The notes under the pieces are model-generated. The model was not told the DNA's origin. It saw only the letters and a program-made list of their open reading frames with translations, and did not search any database. This document shows positions 9,901 through 20,888 of a DNA stretch of 64,000 nucleotides, piece by piece. The DNA is taken from assembly GCA_965235115.1 (NCBI GenBank), contig OZ249442.1, positions 11,160,001 to 11,224,000 of the forward strand, given 5' to 3'. The position numbers and the translations under genes were made by a program. Position 1 is the stretch's first letter. Each line of letters opens with the position of its first letter. The stretch is from Laetmonice hystrix (lineage: Eukaryota).

Positions 9901-12900
9901 GTAAAAACAAAGAAATTAAGCCTAAGACTAAAGAAATTAACAACTTCAGGACCACTGCATGGCTGTTTTTTAACCAAAGTCTCACACTTCAAGCTCATAG
10001 CCCAAAACTAGCCTAGCATGTGTCAGTGCTGCCACCTATTGAGAGTTACAAACATTAGAAATGTGGATGGTCAGGATGGAGCTGTTTTTTCCACAGTTCT
10101 TGTTGTGGCCAGCATTAGAAAGGTCAATATTGGTCAGAAATTAATTCAAAAGTTGCTATATAGCAACCGTTTTTAAGTTTTTGAAGTGATTTTATTTGTG
10201 TACGGTTTGGACGTTACTGTTCTTTCAAAAAAAAACCTCAAAAAAATGTCACCACAAATTATCCCTGCTCCTAAGGCACAATCCCATATGAATTATGCCT
10301 GTTAAGTGCTTTGGGACATAATACAAAACCCCAAGTAATAATGCATAATGTACTACTAGGGATCGATCTGAACTGCTTAATCATAATGAGTGCAACCTGA
10401 ACCACGATTTATTTGTGGGATGCTGCTGAACAACTGAACAAAGCTTTCAATTAATTAGTACTCATGATGGATTACTTCCTACACATATTTTTGTAGGAAA
10501 ACACCTTTGGCTCAGTCTCTTACCTTCACAGCTAATCGACGAGACACTCTGGGTTCAACAGAACCCAACTGTGAAGTCTTGTTTGATTTGCTCAGATCTA
10601 AATCAGAAGAGAAAAACAGGTACACATGTATCAGACACGTTTGTTCAGTGTTCACATTAGGAACAAGTAATTTTACACACTTTCCATCATTCACTTCTGG
10701 CTGTTATAGATTGATACTGTGGATTATAGAGAGAATTTTTTATCATGTCACAAGATCATCACAAATAATCTGTAGCCTTAATCAAAATATCTTTAAGATG
10801 AATAACCACACCCCAAAATTTGATGTACTCTGGGGCAAAAACTGCACCTGTCTTTATGACATTTACTTTACATGAAAATTTCCTTTCAGGAAACCTTTAT
10901 TTCAGTTCTTTGGCCTTACCTTCTCTTTCTACTGCTGCATTTGCCATTAAAACCTTGGGTGATACAGAATTGTCACTTGCTTCCATTGGTTGAAGTTCAA
11001 GCTTGCCTTCAGACAAGCTGACCAGAATGTTGCCGACCTCCTCAGACAGATCCTTGTCCTTGTTCGTCACATTTCCCTGGTTGCTATTTTCAGCAGCACT
11101 ACTCTCATAAATCACATCTCCTTGTGGCTCTTTATGTAGAAGACTGGATTGGTTTTCTCTTACTCTCAAAATAGATGCTTCTAAAGTTGTTACTTTAGGA
11201 TTCTTTGGAGGCCTTCCACGTTTTAGAGGGGGAGGTCTTTCATCCATGACTTGGATATTAGTACCTTCTGGAAGGGTCGATTTTGTCGGTATAGCCAGCA
11301 GGGCACTATCTCCTGAACTGGTTGGTTGATAATTCAACGGAATCGGCCTCTTTTTTGGAGGCCGTCCACGCTTCCTGATTTGGGGCTTGTCTCCACCAGC
11401 TCCCATCACACTGCCATTTGGTGAGTATATCTCCTGTTCTTTACCATTCAATGTCCCCTTCTGGTCTTTATCACGAGTCCCAGGCTGTAAAAACTCTTCT
11501 TTTAAAATGGCACTCGTATCTTCATTAGAGCTTACCATCTCAGAATCTCTCGATTTCTTGATGTCGAGTAGGGTGTTCGGATTGCTCTTGCAGTTTCTGA
11601 CATGGTCAAGGATGCTTTCTCTCCGCGATCTGGTCACGTCACAGAAAGGACAGTGGAAATGGCCCCTAAAGCCATGGGACTTCGTCTTCACACAATTTAG
11701 TTGGCATGGCAGCATATGAATATCTGAGAAGAAAATACAGGATTGACATCTCATCTTTAATTGACATATTTGTAGATATGAAAGTAGGAGAACTTTTTAT
11801 GTACTTTTTCTCTTTTTGACTGAGAAAACATATTCCATTACCGCTAGCAGTAATTTTGGCTCAACAGGTAGCCTCCATCATGTCCAGTTCAAATGTAATG
11901 TAGTGATATTATTAATCAAGTTTTGCAGCTAACTGGCAAGATAAGATTTTAAACTTAACAAAGTGTAAACTAAGCATCTTGATGAAGAGTTTTATTACCA
12001 TCATATGTCACTCGGTTTTCATAGTGTGTCTGAAGGTGTTGCTGTACAATACGTTTCTGAGTTGGCTTGAATATACTCGGGAGACATAAGGGACAATGGT
12101 AGCTCTCTGAACCTCCACTGCAGCATGTCTGGCAGGTTCCCAACTTAATATCTGACACATCATATGTGACAGAAACATGGCGCTCAGCCTAGAGTAGAAC
12201 AAAAGAAAAACTAGATTCTTAATATGTTCTGTATAGTATGCTCATCTGGTTTGGCACTTTTCAGACCCAGGGGCATACATTATGTGGCACCAACATAGCA
12301 TAGTCCTATGTTACAGTATCGGGTATGTAGGACCTACAAGGTCCTACGTAGATGACCAATTCCTCTGTTTGAAATTATAATTTATAAGACTGGTTCCAAA
12401 ATGTATGCACTAATCTTGGGAATCAGCGGTTTTCATGTTTCGAGTTGACACCGACTGGTATGTATCAAATTTATAATACTGTACCTTTTATCATCTTTAG
12501 ACGAGAAGTTTAGTACTTTACTTCAGACCATCGTCATACTGGTCTGGAGCAATTCTACTACTACTAGATCTAACGTTAGATTTAGACAAATAAATTATAA
12601 TTTTCCAGGCCTCGAATTAGAAGTTAAAAGGGGCACGGCAAAAATTGCCGTTGAGGGCCTTGTTTAAAGGAGGGCACCACAGCATTTTTAACAGGTTTAG
12701 AAGGGCACCACGGCAAATTTACTTCTCCAAAACCAAACCTCGCATGTCTGGCTTAACAGTAAAACAAGGAACCTTCACACTACTTTAGGTTAGTGGTGTT
12801 GGTGATCACTAGGGGATCGATGTCAGGGATGATTTGGCGATGGCTGGTTACAGCTGAAGGGCACATGGTAGCAAGGGAAAAGGGCACCACGGCACTGGAC

Positions 12901-13554
12901 TGCCGTCGATGGGGCAAAAAATAGGAGGGCACCACGGCAAATGGAATGGGCACCACGGCAATTGCCGTCGATGCCGTCGTGTAATTCGAGGCCTGATTTT
13001 CATTTCTACAACAAGGTCAAGGGGAGTCGATCTGATCTCCACAAATTTACCTTTGCCTTGGCTTGGGTGAGGACGTTTTACTTTTAGTAGTTTACACTGT
13101 AATAATGCAGCCCCCAGGCCAGGGCAGGTAATCTGACTGTGCTGTGCCTGTGGTTAGGCCTAACGTTAGACTATTTTTTCGACCACACTCCACAGGCACA
13201 GGAGCCTCGTCCGTCCGTTCTAGACTATAGTCCCAGTAAATATACTCGAACGGACGAGGCTCCGGTGGTTAGACGGGTCCATCTCAACGACAACGATGGG
13301 CTCAGACAGAGTAAATGACACATCATGACATAGTCGAACTGACACTGACAGTGACAGTGAGTCCTCCATGTGCGCGTTTGTTTGGGGGAAACCCCAAAAC
13401 CCGCCTCGTCCACGACCGAGGTCGTATGCAAGTGAACAAATCCAAGGACGCAACCAGCGTCCCGTCATAAGTTTGTTGTGCATACGAAAATTTTACCTTT
13501 ACAATCATGAAGAGTAGAAGAGTAAAACGTTTGTTTTATTTAAGTACCTACCAT
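3412..13554 (-). CDS. Multi-exon C2H2 zinc-finger protein with AT-hooks (~1428 aa): N-terminal Cys/His module, 3 AT-hooks, KH-like segment, ~16 C2H2-type fingers, acidic C-terminus
   Basis: Model complement(join(3412..3945,4473..4780,5010..5182,5477..5661,5953..6207,6391..6584,6954..7183,7354..7909,8491..8758,9016..9201,9446..9772,10524..10597,10920..11723,11999..12188,13552..13554)) = 4287 nt. All introns are GT-AG and phase-compatible. Two fingers are completed only across junctions (CKLCGKGYAWASE/IHKHMRTH; CHICGQTFTLPHSHK/THMRSKH). Confidence 0.9.
4473..4780 (-). CDS. ZNF exon 14
   Basis: ttttggacag|TT ... CAG|gtaatg; CTECGRSFKFRYKLATHMITH and the atypical CNLCGKVFTVLSTLKRHRC. Confidence 0.92.
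5010..5182 (-). CDS. ZNF exon 13
   Basis: cctgacag|G ... GAA A|gtaagg; CKYCGRRFRKAQQLSQHENTH-TGNRPYK linker. Confidence 0.92.
5477..5661 (-). CDS. ZNF exon 12
   Basis: ttttcttgaag|ACT ... AG|gtaagg; CSECGKVFTDKRFLMTHYKRMH, CDICGKGFFEKIRMKEH. Confidence 0.92.
5953..6207 (-). CDS. ZNF exon 11
   Basis: ttttgttttgtag|GCT ... AAG|gtaagt; CNICGAKIRTSWFAYHMKTH, CDECGFSTEKRFEMKSHMKVKH, CHICGQ... Confidence 0.92.
6391..6584 (-). CDS. ZNF exon 10
   Basis: gctcttcag|AT ... CCT|gtgagt; CGMCDFKSSEKSVKSHLVEQH, CTHCDATFTSQKLLQKHFRKIH. Confidence 0.9.
6954..7183 (-). CDS. ZNF exon 9
   Basis: ctttcttcaag|G ... GAA G|gtaaga; CDQCGFRSSLAGLNKHKQRHH, CTLCDVKFGIVNDLLRHYKTH. An alternative acceptor at 7196 pairs in phase with an alternative donor at 7370. 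Confidence 0.85.
7354..7909 (-). CDS. ZNF exon 8
   Basis: gtggttag|AT ... AG|gtaatt; CDVCGFRSTAKGIQKHKLRFH, CECCGRTFGVRYDMRRHRLRH, then an acidic linker. Confidence 0.88.
8491..8758 (-). CDS. ZNF exon 7 (acidic linker)
   Basis: atcacag|CTT (or cttcag|GAG at 8752) ... GAT G|gtagga; open acidic frame, phases fit neighbours. Confidence 0.8.
9016..9201 (-). CDS. ZNF exon 6 (symmetric 0-0 exon; KH-like segment)
   Basis: gcatttag|ATA ... AAG|gtgagt; IFSQAAAMISGRLLQSLSISTESLITDIADRAGLTVSSPDGASYFLHGSLEGLVIAREMLSK. Confidence 0.72.
9446..9772 (-). CDS. ZNF exon 5 (AT-hook)
   Basis: ggtttcag|CGA ... GAG|gtaggc; KRGPGRPRKTP. Confidence 0.85.
10524..10597 (-). CDS. ZNF exon 4
   Basis: ctgatttag|AT ... 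AAG|gtaaga; converts phase 1 to phase 0 as the flanking exons require. Confidence 0.75.
10920..11723 (-). CDS. ZNF exon 3 (second half of Cys/His module; two AT-hooks)
   Basis: ttttcttctcag|AT ... GAA G|gtaagg; HFHCPFC...HVRNC; RKRGRPPKKR and KRGRPPKNP. Confidence 0.9.
11999..12188 (-). CDS. ZNF exon 2 (first half of Cys/His module)
   Basis: ttctactctag|GCT ... GAT G|gtaata; AERHVSVTYDVSDIKLGTCQTCCSGGSESYHCPLCLPSIFKPTQKRIVQQHLQTH. Confidence 0.85.
12606..12995. mobile_element. MITE in ZNF intron 1, 390 bp, 14-bp perfect TIR CAGGCCTCGAATTA, 6-bp flanking direct repeat (hAT-like, tentative)
   Basis: TIRs at 12606-12619 and 12982-12995; ATTTTC at 12600-12605 and 12996-13001; the internal motif gggcaccacggca/gggcaccacagca recurs several times. 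Confidence 0.8.
13201..13263. repeat. Short inverted repeat (14-bp arms)
   Basis: ggagcctcgtccgt ... acggacgaggctcc. Confidence 0.7.
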
Positions 13555-13638
13555 GTTCACACAGATATCCTCAGAAACACTGCCATCAACGTTTAAATGG
13601 TAAATTTCGTGGTCGTCTTAAAATTTCAAAATGGCGTC
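13546..13638 (-). promoter_or_regulatory. ZNF first exon (coding only the ATG) and proximal promoter
   Basis: gtgaacATG|gtaggt (ATG 13554-13552), phase 0 joining GCT GAG of exon 2; YY1-type CAAAATGGCGTC at 13627-13638. Confidence 0.62.
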
Positions 13639-13881
13639 AGATGATGGGCGGAAACGAAAGCGAGGCTGCAGGGGAATCCCTCATCCGGGGCCCCGGGTCG
13701 GGTTTGGCTGGATAACACACTGTACATCGTCAGAGACCGAGGGAGGTAATCCGTGTGTGTTGCAACAGACAACTCGTCGCACTGATGTATGAAATAATTG
13801 AGTCGTTTCAACTATGATGGGACTTTCTGTCCATAGAAACTCCACTCCCACAGGTTCTGACAACGACTCGAGTGCAGGAAA

Positions 13882-14024
13882 GCACTAGAGGGAGCCACCT
13901 TTGATTATCCTGTAAGATCCACCAGATGGAGCTTCAAGCAAAGCCATCTACTGAAGTTCCCGTGCTTGTCAGTAGAGGGCGTTGTTTCAAGTGAGGATGG
14001 CAATCAAACCCACCAGGGGGCGCT
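13882..14024. promoter_or_regulatory. Cluster of five CTCF-like motifs upstream of the ZNF gene
   Basis: GCACTAGAGGGAGCC 13882-13896, CCACCAGATGGAGCT 13919-13933, CAGTAGATGGC (minus) 13953-13943, TCAGTAGAGGGCGTT 13969-13983, CCACCAGGGGGCGCT 14010-14024. Confidence 0.6.
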
Positions 14025-14679
14025 TCGATACATCAATTGATAACTTTATAAAAAGACAACGAAGTCCAGAGTAGGCCTACGCCTATCGGCAGAGATCGCA
14101 TTTAGACGATCTCTTGTACCGGTACACGACATAGAACTTGCATATGAGACCCCCCCCCCCAAAAAAAAATAGATAGCCTACCAAAGAAAGCATTTTTTAG
14201 GCCTATCCTAGACCTCTTAGGGCCCATAAGCCTAGCCTATCTCATATTGTTTTCGTTAGAAGATAATTATGAAATAAAATACCAGAGCTCGGTTCAGTTG
14301 TCCGAAATAAGGGGAGGATGATTTGTGGACCTTTCAGGCGCCTATATAGGGTTATCCCATAGTGGATTCATTTTGAAAAGGTCTAAATCAGGTCCTACGT
14401 TCTCGGAGGTCACCGCTTGGGGGTCAGGAGGTCAGGAATGATTGAATATGGAGTGAATGAATGAGCAGGTTGTGGACCTGTAGGGGGGAGCCTGAGTTGA
14501 CTTGAGGGGGACAAACGTGGTATTTTTAGCTGAATTCTGCCCTCCAGAGGTGTTCAGGTTGCCCCCCCCCCTTCCACCCGCCTTTCATGAACTTTCTCTG
14601 AAGGTTGGGCCGGGGGGTGTAATTTGACTATAATTATGAAACCCCATAAACCAAAATTGCTACATGTCCCGTTCACTAA

Positions 14680-15329
14680 GGGGCAGACCATTTAATAGCG
14701 GGGGGAGGGTATGGTTTTTCGTTCTGACCAAACTTTTTTTTTTGCTTCCAACAAAAAACAAACAATTTTTTTTATCTCTAATCAAAAGCAAACAATTTTC
14801 TCGAGGGGGCCCTCCCGCAAAAAAAAATTGAAAATTAAAGTGCCAAATACACGTTTTCCTGGCATCTGGGAACAAAATCTAGGCCCTCCGACGGTCTGAC
14901 CATCTCCGGAACTATATTATGCTTGCCCCCCAGTTTTTGAGCTGTGAGGGGGGGGGGGGGGGGGCAACAGGCCGGTCCTAAGTGAATGTCTACATAAAAC
15001 AATTGATCAAGTTATACATTCAATTGCATGTCATAATTGTTCAGACTGATATGTTTTACTCAGTGTTGTATAGAGTATGCCTAAATAAAACTGTTGACCG
15101 AGCGGAGCGAGGAAAATTTTTGGTCTTCTTTTAATTTGTTAGCAGTTTTGGGCAGATTTTCGGGCAGACTGCCTGTCAAAAATCTATTTTTTTACACACA
15201 TTGCTAAACAAACTATTTTTTTCACACACATTTGAGAGCAAACTATTTTTTTTGGGTAAACTTGGCAAACAAACTTTTTTTTTTACGAAAAAACCATACC
15301 CCCCCCCCAGCTATTAAATGGTCTGCCCC
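14680..15329. mobile_element. Non-autonomous PIF/Harbinger-like element, 650 bp, TAA TSD
   Basis: 20-bp perfect TIR GGGGCAGACCATTTAATAGC (extends imperfectly to ~45 bp); TAA at 14677-14679 and 15330-15332. Confidence 0.85.
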
Positions 15330-17467
15330 TAATGACCTACAGGGTGCACGTTACATTACTGGATAAAACCTGAAGTTGGTGTATGACAGATTAGGCCTAG
15401 GCCTATACCGACGGAAACTCAGGACCTGAACCAGAACGAATGACAACCGTGGTGCCACCTGGGCTGGCACCGTCACATACGTTGCCTGCTGCCATCTGTC
15501 GGGTTTTGTACTCATTAGAATACATTTGGTGAGTCACAGTGGCAGGTAAACTTTTTTGTCCGTTTTTTTTTTAATTGGCAGACTAAAGTATAGGCTTAGT
15601 ATAAAACTAAGGACAAGGGTGTAGCCAGCGGGGTTTCCGGGTTGCCCGGAATCCCCCCCCCCTAAAAAATAAAATTATAGGGAAAAAAATAAAAAATAAA
15701 AGTGATAAATAAATAACTACTCTAAATAGGCCCAAATGAAATTTATGATTAGGTAAAACTTAGGTGATCAACTAAAAATGTGTTGTCTTCTGGGGACCTA
15801 GTATATGAAGGCGGTGAAAAAAGACCCGGTATAATGGTAAAGCTTGAGAGATGCCATTTATCCATCTAAATGTGTGGACAGGTGACAAGTCATAGGAATG
15901 TTAACTAACTTCCCATGTTTGGTAACATTGACGATAGACACATAGGGACGCCGCATAGACATACATTATTTATTGTAAACATTATGACAATTTGGTTTCA
16001 ATTTCTGAACAGAAAGTGAGTGATATTTATACCTTATTTATATACTGAGCGACAGTTTAAAGGTCCAATATTTTCATCACTACTAGGACGTGCAAAGTGG
16101 TTTGGTTGAGAACAGGAATGTTGTTTTCTGAGTAGTCTATTCCGTGGAGTTACCCGATACTGACCTGGCGTCTTGTCAAATATCAAATGTAACTTCCTTT
16201 CAAATAAATATTTCAGCTATATTTTCAACTTAAATACGTTTTCATTGCCGTTCAGGATAGATCCGAACTGTGTGACTGCTGTCCGAGCTGATCCAGGGAG
16301 CTATAAGAACCCAGAGCCCCAGAACAGGACCTCGCCCTCTGACTGCACGCGAGCGTGCTTGGCGGACCGGGGTCAGGCAGTGCAAACCTAGCTCACCGGG
16401 GCGGTTTATAGACCGCCGACCGTCACCATCTCTTCCTATTGTAATCTTTGATATCTTTTGCTATAGCCGACTGCTCAAGCGAGGCACACTCATTGTCTGA
16501 TGAACTCGAAATATGCTCACGACATATCATGCCCTTTAACCCCTTAACACCCCCCCCCCCCCAACCTCCCCACCCCCTCCGGCACCCCGCAGTGCTCGTC
16601 TATATCGCGTCACTGCCTGTCGCTGCGGACAACCACGCACGGCAACGATTTCTCAGTTTATAAACTGTTATAGGCCTTACGTGCCTTAGAATGTAATAAC
16701 TGCGAATGTCGTTGATAACTTTAGACTATAGTTACGAGCTACTCCATAACTTTCACCATTCACAATTCAAACAGATCAACAGTTATTGAGACTGGATGTC
16801 TAACTGTCAATGGTAAATGTACGCTGTGTTAGGCTAGGAATGTGGACAATATACAAAGATAATTATTATAAGCTATTCTCATATATATCCTTGGTTATAA
16901 CTACTGGCGATCTTGGAAACAAAGACATACACCACTGTACATGTATAAATTAGTTAGGCCTATAAGTACTTTCATCATTATGCTTCCATGCATAAAGATC
17001 TAACCATCTCTAGGGGTTTACTATCCATGAACAGGTTCTTCTAAACAATTCCCTATATTTTTGAATAAATTCATACCGTTTCAAAGAGTTTGAAGAAGGC
17101 TCCTTATTGCAGCACAAATAAAAGCGGGCTTTTGTATAGAAACTGGGGGGGGGGGGGGGGGGGGGGGGGCTAGCGGTCCTCCGCGTGAGTCTGGGTGTGT
17201 GTCCGTCAACCGAGCACCGTACGACCCAGGCCAGTATTCAATGCCCTCGCTCGCAGCGAGCACTCCGTGACCGATTAATTGGGCTTTATTTTGATAATAG
17301 CGATCTCTATACATTTCACGCTGGCCACTGTCTCCACTGACAGGTTTTTACGGTGCCCGCAGGCAGGGGGATTGGACTCTGTGCAGGCGCGGAGTCTGCG
17401 CAAAGTTCTGGGTCGTCGGTGCCGGACTCAAGGCTCATCTCGTCCCGGGGTCCACGCCTAATCTTTT

Positions 17468-17862
17468 CGGTTTTCCAAAACTTAAGATATTGCTGGAGCT
17501 AAAGATACTGTTCAAGGATCCGTTTTCCAAAAATTAAGATATTGCTGAAGCTAAAGATACTGTTCAAGGATCCGTTTTCCAAAACTTAAGATATTGCTGA
17601 AGCTAAAGATACTGTTCAAGGATCCGTTTTCCAAAACTTAAGCTATTGCTGAAGCTAAAGATACTGTTCAAGGATCCGTTTTCCAAAACTTAAGCTATTG
17701 CTGAAGCTAAAGATACTGTTCAAGGATCAGTTTTCCAAAACTTAAGATATTGCTGAAGCTAAAGATACTGTTCAAGGATCAGTTTTCCAAAACTTAAGAT
17801 ATTGCTGAAGCTAAAGTTGAAGATGCTGTTCCAAGGATCCGTTTTCCAAAACTTAGGATATT
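17468..17862. repeat. 52-bp tandem repeat, ~7.5 copies
   Basis: Unit ccgttttccaaaacttaagatattgctgaagctaaagatactgttcaaggat; period 17520->17572. Confidence 0.95.
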
Positions 17863-19163
17863 ATCTAGGTATAGATCTATATTGTTGTACTCGTGAACTG
17901 ATTATCAATTAACCGTAGAATCATGACCTTCCACAAGAGAAGTTCACACCGCAGCGGGAATCTATGCCGTCGATATTTTACTCTATTTTCTGTGTAAATT
18001 TTTGCACTTATTAACAGCAATGAATATCCCTATACTGTATCTCCGCAGCGGGGAAGGAAACACCACTGTTATATCGGTGGGTTTTAACGACAGTTTGTGT
18101 TCAGGATGGGACAGCAGGAGACCGCCCGGCAGTGACTCACCCGACGCCCGCCGACCTTACCTCGACCGAGTCGGACGAGGTTCCCGGTCCGAGTCCTGCT
18201 CGCGATCGCCAGGGCGGAGTGTCATACCGGGTTCATTTACAGCACTTTAAGATCGAGTTTTAATCACGCCAAGAATATCATGAAGGATTTTAAGGGCAAC
18301 CTCCTTTAGTATTTGTTGATTCTGGGGTCTTTATTAGGAGATTAGGAATTTCATTATTGTAAAGACGCTGTCAATAACTTTATTGCCGTCGCTCCGTTCC
18401 TCCCTCCGTAAATCTATATTTGCATATCCTTGTTTTTTTCTGCATTCACTCTCATGTATGCATGCCTGTATGCACACAAGTATGCATGCATGCACATACA
18501 CATAGGCCTACATGTCTACCTGAAAAATACGTTCACGTGGATATAATAATACTTGTCGGCCTACACACATCCTACTTCTCGCAATTGATTTATTGGGATG
18601 GACTAAAGTTATAAAGGTCTAACTTCTTTCATCCAAACACATTCAACAGAGGCGAACCTTGTCCAGGACAATGGCGTGGTTCGATGAAGGTACACCAACA
18701 ATTCTTCAACAGGTCTGATTGACAGGCCAGTCCCAGACGCCCTTGACATACTTACATACATACATGGGTCTACGGACGCGATGGCTCCATGCAGCGACGC
18801 GATGGCTCCACCGACGCGATGGCTCCATCGACCGACAGACGTGAAGCAATTGACCGCGATCAGCTCTAGTGCCACCTTCAGCCTTCACCCGACTGCCGTA
18901 TCGACGGGTCAGATCAACCTCCGAGTAAACAGGCTATTTTCAAAGCAAATCCTCTTTCTCTCTATATCGGACACCTATACCGGAACTAAAGTGTTAAACA
19001 ATCAAACTGTCAAACACATCGTTAAATGTAGGCCGAATATGCCCGGGAAATCTTACGTTTGAAATGACGTAATAGAGAAAACCATAATATTCAGTTGATT
19101 TGGACAGTTTCTTTTTGATATGGATAGCTGACATGGAGGGGTTTACACTGAGAACGTCGCCAA

Positions 19164-19778
19164 ACTATTGACAGGACGTCGGTCACACTACCCCTGGTAC
19201 AAGGTGACTGTGACGACATACTATTGACAGGACGTCGGTCACACTACCCCTGGTACAAGGTGACTGTGACGACATACTATTGACAGGACGTCGGTCACAC
19301 TACCCCTGGTACAAGGTGACTGTGACGACATACTATTAACAGGACGTCGGTCACACTACCCCTGGTAAAAGGTGACTGTGACGACATACTATTGACAGGG
19401 CGTCGGTCACACTACCCCTGGTAAAAGGTGACTGTGACGACATACTATTGACAGGGCGTCGGTCACACTACCCCTGGTACAAGGTGACTGTGACGACATA
19501 CTATTGACAGGACGTCGGTCACACTACCCCTGGTACAAGGTGACTGTGACGACATACTATTGACAGGGCGTTGGTCACACTACCCCTGGTACAAGGTGAC
19601 TGTGACGACATACTATTGACAGGACGTCGGTCACACTACCCCTGGTAAAAGGTGACTGTGACGACATACTATTGACAGGACGTCGGTCACACTACCCCTG
19701 GTACAAGGTGACTGTGACGACATACTATTGACAGGACGTCGGTCACACTACCCCTGGTACAAGGTGACTACGACGACA
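19164..19778. repeat. 56-bp tandem repeat, ~11 copies
   Basis: Unit actattgacaggacgtcggtcacactacccctggtacaaggtgactgtgacgacat; period 19164->19220. Confidence 0.96.
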
Positions 19779-20888
19779 AATATATACCTTCGCGGAAGTA
19801 TATGTTCAACAAGTACCGTCATATATACTTTGTGGAAAATATAAGAACACAAAATCCGTGTAAACTTGTTTGCTTTTAGCCGGAATAAGTCAAACGAAAG
19901 TGGGCTATCTGAACCCTTTCCCAGGAAACACGAATAACACCTATGACGTCACAGGTGTGACGTATAGAGTCATACCCCGAAATGTTACATTCCTACAGAG
20001 CTGCGCATGGTCTCGGCGGGATAAGACTTGTACTTGTTGGCCCCCTGGGCATATCGACATGAATTGGGGATCAGATTCATCTAAACAGATATGGCACGCA
20101 TGCACGGGGCTGGAGTGTGCCCCCCCACCCCCCAACTGTAGTCTATATGCCCTGGACAGGGGGAGAACATTTTATCGGGGAGATGAGTAGGTCAAGTGTC
20201 GTTGTGCACTTGCTGACCGCAAGCCAAACATCAATAAGACGACTAGATCAGTATATCTGATAAGTATGCCCAGTTATAGCAGAGGTTACATTCTCGTCCC
20301 TGCGAACTTTTGGAAGTAAATTACTCACACATATAGCTCATGACAGCAGGAGTGTTTGAATTATTATCAGGTGTCGGCGATTTGACGGGATCAGGCTGCA
20401 CCTGATGACCTCTCGGTGGCAGTTAGTCGAGCTGGCTAACATGGACGAGGCGCTGTACCTATCTGATAGAGGACCGTACGGCTCCGATATTAGGATAAAA
20501 TAGGTTCATAGAATTAAACGCATAAATAGGGCCTACCCTGTTATTTGTAGGAGTTATTTAAACACCATAACCAAAACAAAAACACACAATATTTCATCGC
20601 TACGACCCGATCTCCGAGTTCCGTCATCGTCCAGTGTGTGATGATGGATGGGTTATCTCCGTGTACACGTAGCGTTCAGTCGGAGATCCCTGGACGTTAT
20701 ATTTCCCGTCTAGTTTTCCAGGGAGTTTAAACGGACGGGAAATTGTAGAGCGGGCCAAGGGACAGGGTATACACGGACTACAGATGTCTTGTCTATAATG
20801 GAGCCCGCTGTTTTAGTGGCGAAAAGTGTTCAATTGAGAACAATTGCAGCAAAATTGCAACAGGATAAGCTATGCATTCCCCTCGACG

